From assembly GCA_002269645.1 (NCBI GenBank), contig NIVC01001877.1, positions 62,001 through 126,000 on the forward strand: 64,000 bases of DNA, in the 5' to 3' direction. Position 1 is the stretch's first letter. The number at the start of each line of letters is the position of its first letter. The stretch comes from Macrostomum lignano. Taxonomy: Eukaryota. Both the position numbers and the translations under genes were made by a program. Shown here piece by piece: positions 25,701-37,720 of the stretch. Under the pieces are notes generated by a model. The model was not told where the DNA came from and made no database searches. It was given only the letters and a program-made list of their open reading frames with translations.

Positions 25701-28700
25701 CCATCATAAAAATTGAGCCCATGATGAAGCAAGACAGATGATAAGAGAAAAGATAGAATATATTAAGAGAGATAAGGGGGTGGGGACAAAAGAGAGGGGG
25801 AGAAAGAAGAGGGAAAAGGAGAAGCAAGATGAGAGAGCAGAGAGCTGCAAATGAGAGGAGAGAGTAGATATGAGAGTAAAGAGCAGAGAGAGGAGAGAGA
25901 AGAGATAGAGTTGTACAGATGAGAGCAGTGTAAAGAAAGATAAAAAATGAGAGTATGAGAGATAAAGGAGAGAGGAGAGTGGAAAAAGAAGAGAGACAAG
26001 AGAGGAAGAGAGTATAGAAGAGGGGAGAATGGAGAAGAAAGGAAAGTGAGGAGTCAAAAGAGGGGAAAGAAAAGAGTACAGAGGAGAGAGATGAGGGAAC
26101 AAGACAGTAAATATGACAGATAAAAGAGAGGGATGAGAGAACAGAGATGAGAGTGAACAGACAAGAGATGGGAGGGTAGAGAGATTTGAGAGAACAAAAG
26201 AGAGAGAAGAGAGAAGAGAATACAGAGACAAAAGGAAAGAGGAAAGACAAAGAAAGATAGAAGTGAATGAGGAGAGAGGAGAAGAAAGAGAAGAATAGAA
26301 AGGGGAAGAAAAGAGAAGAGAGATGGGAGAGGAGAGATAAGAGAGAAAAAGAAAGAGAGAGAAAAAGAGAGAAAGGAAAAAGTAGAGGAAAGATAAGTAA
26401 GCAGAAGAGAGAATTGAGAGAAGAGAGGAGAGAAGAATGAAGTTTTGAGAGTGCGAAGGAAGAGGAATGAGAAGAGGGGGGAGAGAGAGGAGAGAGTAGA
26501 AAGCAGAGGAGAGAGAAGAGGAGAGAGAAAAGAAGAGAGAGATATGATAAAAGAGATGAAAAAAGAAGAGATGAAGGAAGATATGAGAGAAAAGGAGAGA
26601 GAAAAAAGAGGAGTAAGGACAAGAATTAAGAGAGGAAACAGAAGAGAAGATAGAATTTTCAAAGGATGCGAGGGACATAGAGAGAGTCAGAGACAAAGAA
26701 TAGAGTTTGCCAATACATGTTTTAGAGTTAAATAGACATTGCCTAAAATTTTACGTAGTATCTCAGCCAACAATATCAATGTTTGCCTCAAATCCTAATT
26801 TTATATTTATTTTCTATCTTACTATTAACAAATTTTTGTCTGAGTATGGCCTCAGTTTCAGAATATATGTAAAAATAGTTCTGGGGATTGGAATTCCCCA
26901 GGTTCAAAATCTATGGGTTTTACCAGCTTCTATATTATATAATAATTAATAAAACAATAGCTATTAAGTTGCTAATTAATGGTAGAAGGTAGTTTTCTAT
27001 CGTAAGGAGGGTCCATGTACCATAGCTATAAGCAAAACTATCGCTTACTCTAATTCTCTGTATTCTGTAGCCGTAGGGACCCCAAAATTACCATATTCCT
27101 GTAGTTCTCATAGCCATAGCTGTAGTTTTAACAAAAAGTCTAAAAAACAAAATATTTTGAATCAAGAAGATAACCTAGTGCTTAAACAACTGCAAATTAA
27201 ATTAAAAAATAAAAGAAACACTTGAATGTCTTTATAAGATTATATTTTGTTTTTTTCAGAGCAACAATACTTAATCGTTATTGAAAGTACTAACGCTAAA
27301 CTTTTTCACATTAATAAAAATTAGATTTTGCTAGTGTTTTATTGTACTTTTTTAGGTATATGTTATAAGTTTCTAGGTTGATAATATAGTTTACTAAAAG
27401 TATCTTTGTTTTACTCTACCTGTTTATAATATTTTTTCAATTTTTAACATTTTTAACAGCGCACTACAAACATTAATAACTATGGCTACAGGAATCTATG
27501 GAATGTGACAGCAATTACCATATTTCCATAGTCATAGCCATAAGAGCAGCTAGCTACCGTAGGCATATCCGTAGCTGCTGTAGGCATCTATTTTACCGTA
27601 TTTGCTATAGGAACACTAGTAGAGGGATAGTAGATATAATAAAGATTAAATATTGTGGCCATCTTGGTCTTGTACAAATATAACATGCAATTCAAAAATG
27701 ATTAGGGGCCTATTAAACAAAGCCTAGCTAAGAAATTGCAAGCCTCTTGCATCTGGTTTAATAATTTTATAAATTGGAAATAATATACTCATTAAGCTTC
27801 AGTAGGCCTTACTAATACTTTATTTGGTACTAATTTGCTATATCCTGATCAAGTAAAATCTAAAATAGGTCCCATAGGCCCTAGTAGGCCCTAGCCCCCA
27901 TAGTTATAGTACAAAGTAGGCAGGGGCGTAGCGAGGGGGGTATCGGTGTATCGGCCGATACACCCAAATTTCCAAAGCAAAAATTTTTTTATTTACTTTT
28001 TTTAGTTGCAAGTGACCGTTAAGGAAGAGAAAGGTATCCGAATCGATAGAATAACAATTAACAAACGAATAGAGTGATTATATGTAATAGTATCATTAAT
28101 AGCTTGTATGCATTAGAAATACATTAAGGCCTAAGGGGATGTGTAGATCTCAAGTCATTTCATTGCTTTCTTTGTACTCGTATAACTTGGTCCTTGGACA
28201 ACTATCAACTATCAACTCATTCGACCAACCGACTATTAAGGGGTGAGGGGGGTGAGTGGATAACCGAGGGGATGGCCGGGTGGGACTGGGGCGTGGCCCG
28301 TGGGCAGTCTGCCAGCTGAGCCAGTGGAATCAGTGATGAACGATGGGGTGGGTTGCCTGGCCAGTTTTCGCTGCAAAATGCATTAGCTTCTGAATTGTTT
28401 GAAAGAATTCTGTCTTGAATTAACTAGAAAATAAAATTCAGGGGCCAGGGGGTGAAGGGTATATTATGTACAGAGGAGAGAACTAGAACTAGAAGGAAAG
28501 AAGGAGGAACTAAATAGGCATATACATTAAGAAAGACTAAGATGAGCATCTACGTCTGCCTGCTGACCCCACCATCCTGAGAAGACTATAAAAAGGGGAA
28601 GGAATAAGGAAAGAATTAACTATAACCTCGCCTCCTCCAAGCCGTTTATTCTAAGGCCGTAAAGCCGTTTATTCTAAATCTAAGGCAGATTTTTTTATTT

Positions 28701-31700
28701 CTGGACTGCTACTAAAGTCTGCAAAAGAGTTCATGTGGAATTCAAAATGAGCAAGCGAAAATCTCATGGTCATGATATCCGCTCATTATTTGAGAACTTA
28801 AAGCGGTCCTGCCCTAACCCTGATCCTGCGCTACTGTCTACGCCTAGTTCTAGCACTACACAGCCAGATTCATCTATTGTGTCTTGTGACACTGCTACTG
28901 GCAGTTTGCCCGACTTGGCTACTCCGAATTCAGTTCTAACAGCTCCCGAGCAACAACTGCAAGCTACTATTACTTCTTCAAGTCAGTTTGACGAGTCTGA
29001 TCTCCAACATCAAGCAGATGAAGCAGCTGCTGAGACTGAGATCAATGTCAATGACATCGGCTATGCTGTTGAGCTTCGTCGCGATGGAAAGCTGGATACA
29101 GCTACTCGACTGCGATTCCTTAAGGACTGTTGGGTGCCCCCACAAGGGTACTCATTCCCGTTCACGCTTAAATCTGATAAGGGCAATGTCCACAAGCGCT
29201 ACTTGTCTCACCAACATCTAACTGGTCGCAACGCATGCTTTGCGTATTCTGCTAAGCTCGGTGGCGTATTTTGCAAGTAAGTTAGAAGTTAATGTGAGTT
29301 TATTGATGTATTGCGAAATTGTACTCTTGACATCTAGATCTGGTCTTGAGGTACATGTATGGACCACAGATACTAGAACAACTCTAGTATCTAGTATCTA
29401 GTGTTCTAGTATCTGTGGTATGGACTTAATGCTCACTCCTACCATTCTAACCATTTCTTTCTCCTTTAGGTATTGCGTTCTATTTCTTCCGACCAACTTT
29501 GCCATCCATGGACAAACAGTCGATGCCTTTGTGGGAACTCCATGCACTAAGTTCGATGTCATCACAACAAAGCTGAAGAAACATTTGCAATGTGACTACC
29601 ACAGAAGTGACTGTGATCAAAGCCGATGCCCTGCTATCTGGAACAAATGTTGGCCACATGCTGGATGTCAGTCGCGCAAAGCTAGTGAAGGAAAATAGGG
29701 AAAGACTAAAACACGTAATTGAACCAATTGAATTTCTCGCTCGCTGTGGTCTGGCTTTTCGAGGACATTGTGACTGTGGACCTATAAAAGTTCATCCAGA
29801 TGGAACTATTGACTATGATAAAGGGAACTTCGTTGCGCTTCTGCAGCTTCTCGCAAAACATGATCCTATTCTACGTGAACACATTTGCACTGGACCATCA
29901 AATGCCAAATACACTTCCAGTGAATCACAGAATGAAATAATTCAGGCTCTGTCTGATGTTATCACCCAAGATTTAGTAAAAAAAATCAACAAAGCAGGCT
30001 ACTTTGCGCTGCTTGCAGATGAGACTACGGATTCTTCGCACAAAGAACAGATGTCCATCTGTGTTAGGTACCTCGACATCAGTGATGGAAGTGTAGCTAT
30101 TCACGAAGAGTTCATATGCTTTGTTCACGTTGAAGATTTGACTGGTATTGGGCTTGCAACAAAGCTTCTCGAGACGCTCGATTCTCTCCATATTACAGCA
30201 CAACTTGTTGCTCAAGGCTATGATGGAGCTTCAGCCATGTCTGCATACATGCGCGACCTCCAAAATTCGGTCGGCCGTGCGACTTAGTTTTAACAAAAAT
30301 GCGACGTAGTTGTTGGCCAAAAATGCGACTTACATGTAAAAAATGCAATTAACGCAACTTTGGGTAAACGGCAGGAGTAACTATGACTGTCTTATAAAGC
30401 CAAAATGTCTCGTCAGCTACTTAGTACTACTACTTGGTGTTTTTCAGGTGGGCATTTTTGCGACTTCCATGGTTGGCCGCAAAATCGGTCGGCCGGATCG
30501 GCCGACTCGGCCGACTGTTGCGCATGTATGCATGTCTGGCAAGTTCAATGGCGTTCAGGCAGTGATTTGCGAGCAGCTGGGAAGAAAACTAGCAATCTAT
30601 GTGCACTGTGCTGCACATAATCTAAACCTGTCCCTGCAGGATGCTTGTAAGCTAGATTCAGTTCGTGCCGCTATTACTGCTGTTAATACAGTCACAGTCT
30701 TCATTCGTTCATCACCGCAAAGAACAGCTCTGCTTGAAAAAAAAATCAAAGAGCTGGTTCCGGAGTCATCTGTGCATCAACTTCTACAGCACTGCAAGAC
30801 CAGATGGGTTGAGAAGCAGGAGGCTTTCATCCGATTCAACCTGCTCTTCCCAGCAATCATTGAAACTCTAGAGAAGATCAGCACATGGGGAGGAGAGGCA
30901 GGCAGCAATGCTCGAAACAACCTCAAACTTTTGCTAGACAGCGAATATGTTATTGCAGGCCACATCATCGATGCCGTTCTCACCATCACCAAGCCATTAT
31001 CAGAGAAATTGCAGTGTGTAGATCTCGATCTTGTTGATTGTGTCAATGAAATTAAGGCTGTCATCGATGTTCTTCGAGATCTCCGCTCTGATGATGGCCA
31101 TGTCCGTTACAATAAGATATTCGATTCTGCTGAGAAAGCACTCGGCGAGCCACTACAAAAGCCTCGAACCAGTGCCAGGTGTCGACAGAAGCATCGTGCC
31201 AACCCCGATGTCTCCACGGCACGTGATTACTTCCGCATAGCAATGTACAATCCATTCCTGGATGGGATAATTGCTACTCTTGAGGAGCGCTTCAGTTCTC
31301 ATGCGCAGCTTGCATTCCAGATGGCACGACTGCTTCCTCAGAGTGTTGTTGACGAAAGTTTTGACAGCATGAAAAAATCGATAGAAATTTACATCGGACA
31401 GTTACGAGGATTAAGCTTTGTGGACGACATCGAGGCTGAATTCTTGCTATGGAAAAAGCGCTGGCAGAATGTCGATCAAAAGGACAGACCGCGAAGTGTG
31501 CTCGAGACGTTGGTAAATTCAGCTGTTAGCCTCCAGAGCTTTCCTAACATCCGGCTTCTACTACAAGTTCTGGCGACGATTCCCGTCACCACTGCAACTG
31601 CTGAGCGATCATTCAGTCAGCTTTGTCCACTGAAGTCGTACCTACGTTCTACAATGGGACAGGAGCGACTGACAGGATTGGCCCAGCTTCTAATCCACAA

Positions 31701-32533
31701 GGACATGAAGCTGGACATTAATAAAGTTATCGATCAGTTCGTACAGAATGGGTCTCGTAGAATTGATCTGTAAATACAAAGTTAAACTTTTAGACAGCAA
31801 GTTTTGATAGGCTTAGATTGAGTATGCGTAACATACATAACTAATCACAATACGAGTAGAAGATTACATGTACATTAAATGTAATAATATAGGAACAAAA
31901 ACCAAACTAATACAATAAGAGCTTGCGCATACTATTATATTCTCTATTAATCAAAATGCTATAAGTAAGCTATACTTAGTATTCTACGTTTCTACTTCTT
32001 GTATTGTCCCATATGATGTAAATGTGAAATTTGCTCTTTGATATTGAATAAATAAAATCAATATGGAAGGTTGGTCACTACGTTATTTGCTTGGAAAAGT
32101 GTTGGTGATTTGATAGAAGTTGAAATAATTTTGTTTTTTCTTGCTTTACGAATATGAATTACAAGTATATACGCATATACAAATATGTACACTAAAAGTC
32201 GTTTCATGAATTAAGCCAAGCCGGAGAAATGCACATGTAATGAGTGAAAGTAGACTGATAACAGCTAACCGATACCCCCAAAAAAAAATCCTGGCTACGC
32301 CCCTGAAAGTAGGCTACTAAAAACTAAACTAAAAAGCAAATCAGAAATCATTAAATTGATTTACCTCGCTTGTTTTTAGTGCCATGTTTGCGGGCTGTAG
32401 CAATTTCTTCCCCAATTTTTTTTTCTAAGAACTGCGATTTTTTGTTTAGCATCTCCTCTGTGTTTCTAAGTCGCTGAATAGCCTCCTGGGGAGACTCGGT
32501 TTTTTCCTTCTTTTTACCAAACAGAAAAGGCAT
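19785..32533 (-). CDS. CHMP4: CHMP4/Snf7 ESCRT-III subunit, 3 exons, ~220 aa
   Basis: Exons 32365-32533, 21715-21905 and 19785-20087 with GT/AG sites and matching phases (169+191 nt = 120 codons). Peptide MPFLFGKKKE..PQEAIQRLRNTEEML.KKS.FLEKKI..; ALQAL.RKKRLEKQLTQIDGTLTTIEFQREALENA..; VHDVMDEIHEQQEIAQEISDAIS.PVGFG.D.DEDELLAELEELEQEELD..ELEAWA. Confidence 0.97.
20699..21199. mobile_element. Non-autonomous hAT (Charlie-like) MITE with CT-rich interior, in CHMP4 intron 2
   Basis: TIRs CAGGGTTCGGCAAACT / AGTTTGGCGACCCCTG; 8-bp TSD ACTTAAGG / ACTTAAAG (1 mismatch). Confidence 0.85.
23843..24815 (+). mobile_element. Solo LTR (973 bp), Gypsy-type, in CHMP4 intron 1
   Basis: Starts TGTAGTGA, ends TTACAACA, perfect 4-bp TSD GTAT on both sides (23839-42, 24816-19); internal AATAAA near 24425. 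Confidence 0.88.
25740..26935. repeat. Dispersed repeat with long polypurine (GA-rich) tract fused to a ~250-bp unique body
   Basis: ~960-bp A/G tract, then AGAAGATAGAATTTTCAAAGGATG..GGGACATAGAGAG..GAGTTTGCCAATACATG..CAAAAT; homologous to 42700-43470. Confidence 0.75.
30244..30530. mobile_element. 287-bp non-autonomous hAT MITE nested in the transposase
   Basis: TIRs CATACATGCGCGAC / GTTGCGCATGTATG; perfect 8-bp TSD CATGTCTG (30236-43, 30531-38); removing it restores GYDGASAMSGKFNGVQA. Confidence 0.95.
30362..30425 (+). pseudogene. 28S rRNA-derived fragment (R2/I-PpoI target region) inside the MITE
   Basis: GGGTAAACGGCAGGAGTAACTATGACTGTCTTATAAAGCCAAAATGTCTCGTCAGCTACTTAGT matches the conserved eukaryotic LSU sequence, recalled from memory as GGGTAAACGGCGGGAGTAACTATGACTCTCTTAAGGTAGCCAAATGCCTCGTCATCTAATTAGT, at 52/64 positions ungapped. 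Confidence 0.9.
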
Positions 32534-33789
32534 AATTCAATGGCAGTTAACTCACAGAAATTAAATCGAAATACTATCAGCCTAGCAAGGCCTAAAAGTT
32601 TTTATTTAAGTAACTTGAAAAAGTTACAAAACTGAATTCCAGAGATCACTACTGACTTGTCGCGATTCAGATTCCGAATAATTAGTGATTCATGGAAAAC
32701 AATTATTAATATCTCTGATTATGATTAGACAATCATTATAACAAAAAGATTTTTGTTGTTAACGTATGTTCTGTTACAAGGGTCCTAAAGTAAAAAACTA
32801 AAAAATTTTAAAAGTTTTTGAAATGATTTACTTGCTTAGCTTAATAATTCTTATTAGAAAGCCCTCTCGTATTACGACGAGTTACTCTTTCTGCTTTCTG
32901 AGAACGAAAATGGTTCGAACCTTGTTTTCAATATTCCGTTTACATAATCAGCTAGTTAGTTCCAAAACAGTGTTCTTGTTTATAGGAGTTCAAAAAATTT
33001 TCTAAATCTAACTGTCAACGTTTCTTATAAGGGCTGTTAAACCCCAGGACTATCTAAGTACGTACTACGACTTGAGTTGTCGGGCCCCTTTTTCCTTCCT
33101 TCTTAGCTAAAGAAGGAAAAAAAATGTTGTGTTAAACTTAAAAAATTCATAGTTCCCTGCATTTTGATTTTAATTTGATTTGGAATAGGATTTTTTCTAG
33201 TTTTCGAATCCATTCTCACGAAAAATTTAAGATGTTAACGTACCTGAAAATCGAACACGACCTAATTCTGGATTTTACATGTAAATATATATTAACATTT
33301 ATTAACTCCTGGAATCATTTTTTACATAGAAACGCTATAAAAATATTAACGATGGAGTATATGAATAAGGGTATAAACATGTAATTAGAACAGTGCCTCA
33401 TACATCATACATAAAATAGCACATATCAAGGACCACCCACACCTAGCAGTTTGTATAATTATACATGGTCCAAATGAAACTCGCTGTATATATTTGAGTC
33501 ACATATATATATATATATATATTGTACGTACGCTCGTACATGTATATGTCATGCATCGTAGATCAAAAGTGCATATAGCTCGTCGCCGATAAACAAAAAA
33601 CGGAAAGCATAAAATCATAAGTTATGCTTTATGCTAATTTATGCTTTGAGATTACCGTTCCACAAATTATAACTTAAGACTTAATGTAATTAGGTCTCTA
33701 AAATAAAGAGAGACGAAAAGTCGTCCTCTCCCTGCAGTAACAAAAGGTGCAGAATGGAAGATGCGGGGAGCTGCGGATGATCGTGATGA

Positions 33790-35756
33790 GGACGCACTTT
33801 TTCCCAAATCCCGCGCTAGCACATGGGCTCTAAACTTACTTGCCTACTAACAGTGGGCAGTGGGCATTTTTATCCTTTTTCTGCGAATTTTCATAGAATC
33901 TATACTAGATATAATGTCTGGCCATACTAGTAGTCATAATAACATAGGCGCAGCTTTTTGGGTCATAAATCATCGCTTTCGAAGCTGATCTGATAGCCAC
34001 CTGCGCCTCACTCAGTGTTGAAGCGGGCGCCAGATGGTCTGAGAGGATGCGGGCGGTAGCTTTTTTCTCGTCATTTTGACAGGCCATCAAGATTTATGAG
34101 GTCAGAGCCTATTGTTCGGATTCACTCAAGCGTGTGACAGTTTTGACAGCTATGCGTTTCACCCCTAAAAGTACCTTGGGATTAGCGATTAGCGATTTCT
34201 CTTCATTATCTTCACTTTCTATTTAATAAAAGCTTTCTAATGTATATTTTTTCATTAATTTCTGTCAATCCTACGCGAAAAGTCATAAATCATTTTGTTG
34301 CGATTTTGAGTGATTTATGGCCGCACCTGTCATCTTTTTACGACCCTGTGGGAACTGATAGGATCTCTCGGTCACGTGATTCTGGGTAGCAACGAGCTTA
34401 GCCAATCAGAAAATTCGGCGCTCATTTTAACAAAACGGCTCAGCCAATCAGAATCGACGTGTTCCGTTATAACAAACTGCGGTCCAGTTGGCGGCTATTT
34501 AAACCGGAGTTTTTGGCCCGCTCGGACACTACTTCTTCTTACTTTGGCTCGGGCCCAGCGCGCAGCTTCTGGTTCCCGGAGCACGACCGTCGTTTCTTGA
34601 TCCCCGGATTGCAACTTCCCCCATCATCATCAAGGACGAGTCCCCCGGTCGACAGCAGCGAACATCCAGTTAAGAGCATCACCTGCTAGCTAACAGCGAA
34701 GATTGTGACAGCATCATCCCGAGTCTACAGCTGCAGAGCATCGAGCCGATTCGGTCACTGTGGAATACCTGGTCTCCGGCTGTTGAGTTTCTGATTGGTT
34801 GGGTGAGAGGCTACCTAGACTTGCTTGATTGGGTGATCCCTTTTCTGTCCCCTGTTGCAGTAGCTGAATTAGGCGCACACTTTTGCTCATTTTGTTCAGT
34901 AGTGCTGTTGCTGAGGCAGGAATCATTCAATAATACTGCCAGTAGTCTAAGACTCCAATTCAATCTAAAGTGTGAAGTGAATTAAGGAGAAGGTTAAATC
35001 TAACAGTTATCTTTGTCGGCTTTATTTCTTTGTTCGCCGATGGCTCAGATGAGTAGCTAAGCTAGTAGGCGCCGGTCACAGTGGACCAATGGCAAGGCAG
35101 TTCTCAGTCGACCAATCTAACAAATCAGTGAGCAAAACTGCCAAAAGTGCAGAATCGGCGCCAGAGATGTACTTTGTGCACTCTAGGGTAGCCAAGCGGC
35201 TCGGGTAAATGAATCATGCGGTCTCTGAAGTTCGAGTTAGCCTATCATCAGCGCTATGAGAGGCTAGTTGGCGCGTTGAAGGCTAAAAGTACATATCTTC
35301 GTATTTAGCAATATAATAGTGCATGTAGCTACCCCATAGACTCGCCACCGCAAGAATCCCCTGCATAAGTCCCCTCTGTACCTGCATGGCCAACGCGATC
35401 TAGTCCCAGCAGTGTCCCTTATCATCGGCTATGACTTCGAGATTGACAGCAAAAAGACACTAGTTGGCAGGTAAGTGCAAAGCCCCTTCTAGTCGGAAGC
35501 CCGATTTCGAGAGTCCCGGTGTGGTGAGCCAGGGCGCACGGGCTGGTGGCAGCAAGTTAGTTGATCTGCGGATTAGCTAATTTCTACTTTCAAAATTCTC
35601 CCTGCTCGTCTCTCGCTGTCCCTCTCTTAGCTATAGGACCTAGACTGCTCGCCACACGATCAAGCTACCATGGGGCTGACCATCTGACAGGAGTGGGGGG
35701 CCAGGTCTCTAATTGATTTATTTCTGAGCCTGAGGCTCGAAGGCTTCCCTAACAAG
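33790..35756. mobile_element. Unclassified ~2-kb dispersed element, copy 1 (degenerate minus-strand ORF plus CCAAT-rich regulatory-like region)
   Basis: Colinear homology to 43885-45900. Degenerate ORF ..MACQNDEKKATARILSDHLAPASTLSEAQVA..AMIYDPKS; CCAAT at 34402 and 34444 followed by TATTTAAA; reverse CCAAT pair near 34795-34830. Confidence 0.7.
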
Positions 35757-37604
35757 GAGCCCGAAGGTCGAAACCCATCAATCGTATTTTTAATTAGGAG
35801 TACATGTATCAATTAGAGATCGAGTTAGAAAAATTTTCAATTTTTTTCCGATTGTGCATCTATCAACATTGAACTACTAACAGCTACATGTAGTAGAAAC
35901 ACGGCCGGGCTACTTACGTAATTTTGGAAAAATAATATTTTTATTCTCGTCTTCTTTCGGTCCCTCGATTTATCTTTAGGTTAGGATTTTTAATTCGAAA
36001 GTACAATTAAACGGGGTGTGGAGAGCTAAGCTCGCCTCGGGTCAGCCCAGGGAAGGGCTCTGCCGCGGGATCTACATGTACATGTAATAGGGGACCAAGA
36101 TTGGGGCCAGGATCTGGCCCTAAGCATATTAGCGATGCAGGACCCAATTAGACCTATGGGGACACCGCGTTATTCTGCTTCCGTACACTTGTATTTTGCA
36201 TGCAGTCAGTTTCTTTAGAAAAATGACACGGTTTAAGCTAGAGGCGCAGTTGCGTGAGGATCCCCTCCAGTGCCCCGCCACCCACCATGCAAACGATCCA
36301 CAAATAACGAGTGTGCACGCGCAAAGAAAAACTGGAGCGAAAATTTTGAAGTTGGCTAATGACCAAAAAGTAAAACAAAAAGGGATAAAACACAAATTAA
36401 TTAATAGAAGATCACCATACATTTACAAGTACCTGGGGCTCAACGGCTCAGCCTCGATCATCAGGGCCGGGCTGCAGGCATCAAAACTGGCCGGGCAGGG
36501 CAGAAAGAAGTTATTTTTCCGGTGAGGGGGCATTTAATAATTGTACCCGAGTACGGCAGGTCAATTGGATTGCGCGCACAACCCGAGAAGCGCCTCCAGT
36601 AAGGCAGCCCAACAGTCGGAGACCCGTCAATTAATAAATTACAGATTTTTCAAAATAAAAGCTTTTCGTCTACTGTAAGTAGCACGACGTATTTTGCGTG
36701 TAGTATATTAGACCCCCTACTCGTCTTTTTGTTTGAACACTGATACAATAGCAGTAAACATCAAATCCAATTGGAAAAGTAGTTGAACCGTATATTTATG
36801 AGTTTATAATAATATTTTAACGGCCTAGTACTCAGGTCAAAGAAATTTCAAATTAGCGAGTTTACGAAAACGAAGTTTTCATTCACCATGTTACCAGTGG
36901 TCACACATATGCCAGTTGAAATTGCCCACTCAGTCTTCAAGATCATACTTTTAGGGATCATTTCTATAGTATGTATCGCCAGGACGTCAACCAAAATTGA
37001 CCCTGGACCCAAACCCGCGAGGACGAGCACTAGCCTGCCTTTCTGAGCGCGAAGCGGGTTGCAGCTGGCAGCTAAGACTGCCTCGGCTGCAACTATTGAT
37101 GACCGCTTTTCACCTCATAAGGGGTGGAAAGGGAAGGTAGGCAAGCTGAGCGGTTTATTGAGAAATACGAAAACACATCTACAACCCCATCTTACCATAG
37201 GGGTACGACGTTTGCCCGCCAAAGTTTGCCCGCCGACACTTTTGAACCAAAATTCGTCAGATTAAGCTGCATACCGCATTGCATTTGCATGCGATTGCTT
37301 GGCGATGCTTGCATGGATGGCGTTCGTCGTTGGGCTGAGTTAAGTTGGCTAATTAAAAAGAAAGGAATAATCGTACATACAATGTACACTCCCATCCCTT
37401 CTGGTCTGGGGGCCCGGATTGTACACGTGGTGACTTGGAGCTTGCCACCCGCCAAACTTTGTACTGGGCTTGCAATTCAAATGTGCTGTTAAAGAGCTGT
37501 CTCTGCCTCTCGCCCTCACCAGTACCTGCTCACTGCATCACACAGTACTCTTGAATTGCGTTGGATTACCAACCAGATGGGCTCTGGGTCACCCACCCGC
37601 TCAC

Positions 37605-37720
37605 CCATCCAGTAGTTGCCGCTGGGATCTCCGAATCCCCTCACGTAGGTGTCCCAGTTCTGTGCGAACGAAAGGCTGTTATCCAGGTGTCGCTGGAAGA
37701 CCACATCAGAGCTAGCTGTC
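37605..37720 (-). pseudogene. Fibrinogen-related domain (FReD) exon fragment; rest of gene degenerate or divergent (approx. 36850-38300)
   Basis: VVFQRHLDNSLSFAQNWDTYVRGFGDPSGNYWMG followed by a GTGAGC donor is a classic FReD motif; upstream and downstream frames contain stops. Confidence 0.6.

Larger units (their letters stand above)
28747..31773 (+). pseudogene. hAT transposase (TTF-type Zn finger, DUF4371-like region, DDE core, C-terminal dimerisation domain), disrupted
   Basis: ATG 28747, intron 29277-29469 (FCK|YCVLF). Motifs GLAFRGH, GNFVALL, KYTS..QNEII, FALLADETTD..KEQMSIC.RY, QGYDGA.MSG, HC.AH.LNL, TRW, VTTATAERSFSQL..LKSYLRSTM.QERL.GLA. Frameshift near 29600; MITE insertion at 30244. 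Confidence 0.93.
27921..32305 (+). mobile_element. Full-length hAT DNA transposon (4385 bp), antisense in CHMP4 intron 1
   Basis: TIRs CAGGGGCGTAGC / GCTACGCCCCTG; perfect 8-bp TSD AAAGTAGG; internal transposase. Confidence 0.97.

Noticed and set aside
25690-26735. Leu/Ser/Phe-rich 200-330-aa ORFs (also 42459-43368 and 47982-48567)
   Set aside because: Reverse-strand translations of polypurine tracts, which lack stop codons by composition.
30362-30425. Functional rRNA gene
   Set aside because: Only ~64 nt, mutated, and bounded by MITE sequence; no other rDNA in the window.
30270-30447. Possible splicing-out of the MITE to rescue the transposase (in-frame acceptor TTTTCAG at 30447)
   Set aside because: The only in-phase donor (TCG|GTCGGC) is weak, more than 30 extra residues would remain beside the catalytic Asp, and an upstream frameshift exists anyway.
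33710-33900. Gag zinc-knuckle in the unclassified element's ORF
   Set aside because: The Cys/His pattern is not conserved in frame between the two copies.
35230-35270. Hammerhead ribozyme (CTGATGA on minus; also near 49600)
   Set aside because: No helix II followed by GAAA and no matching helix I/III found by eye; an Infernal search would be decisive.
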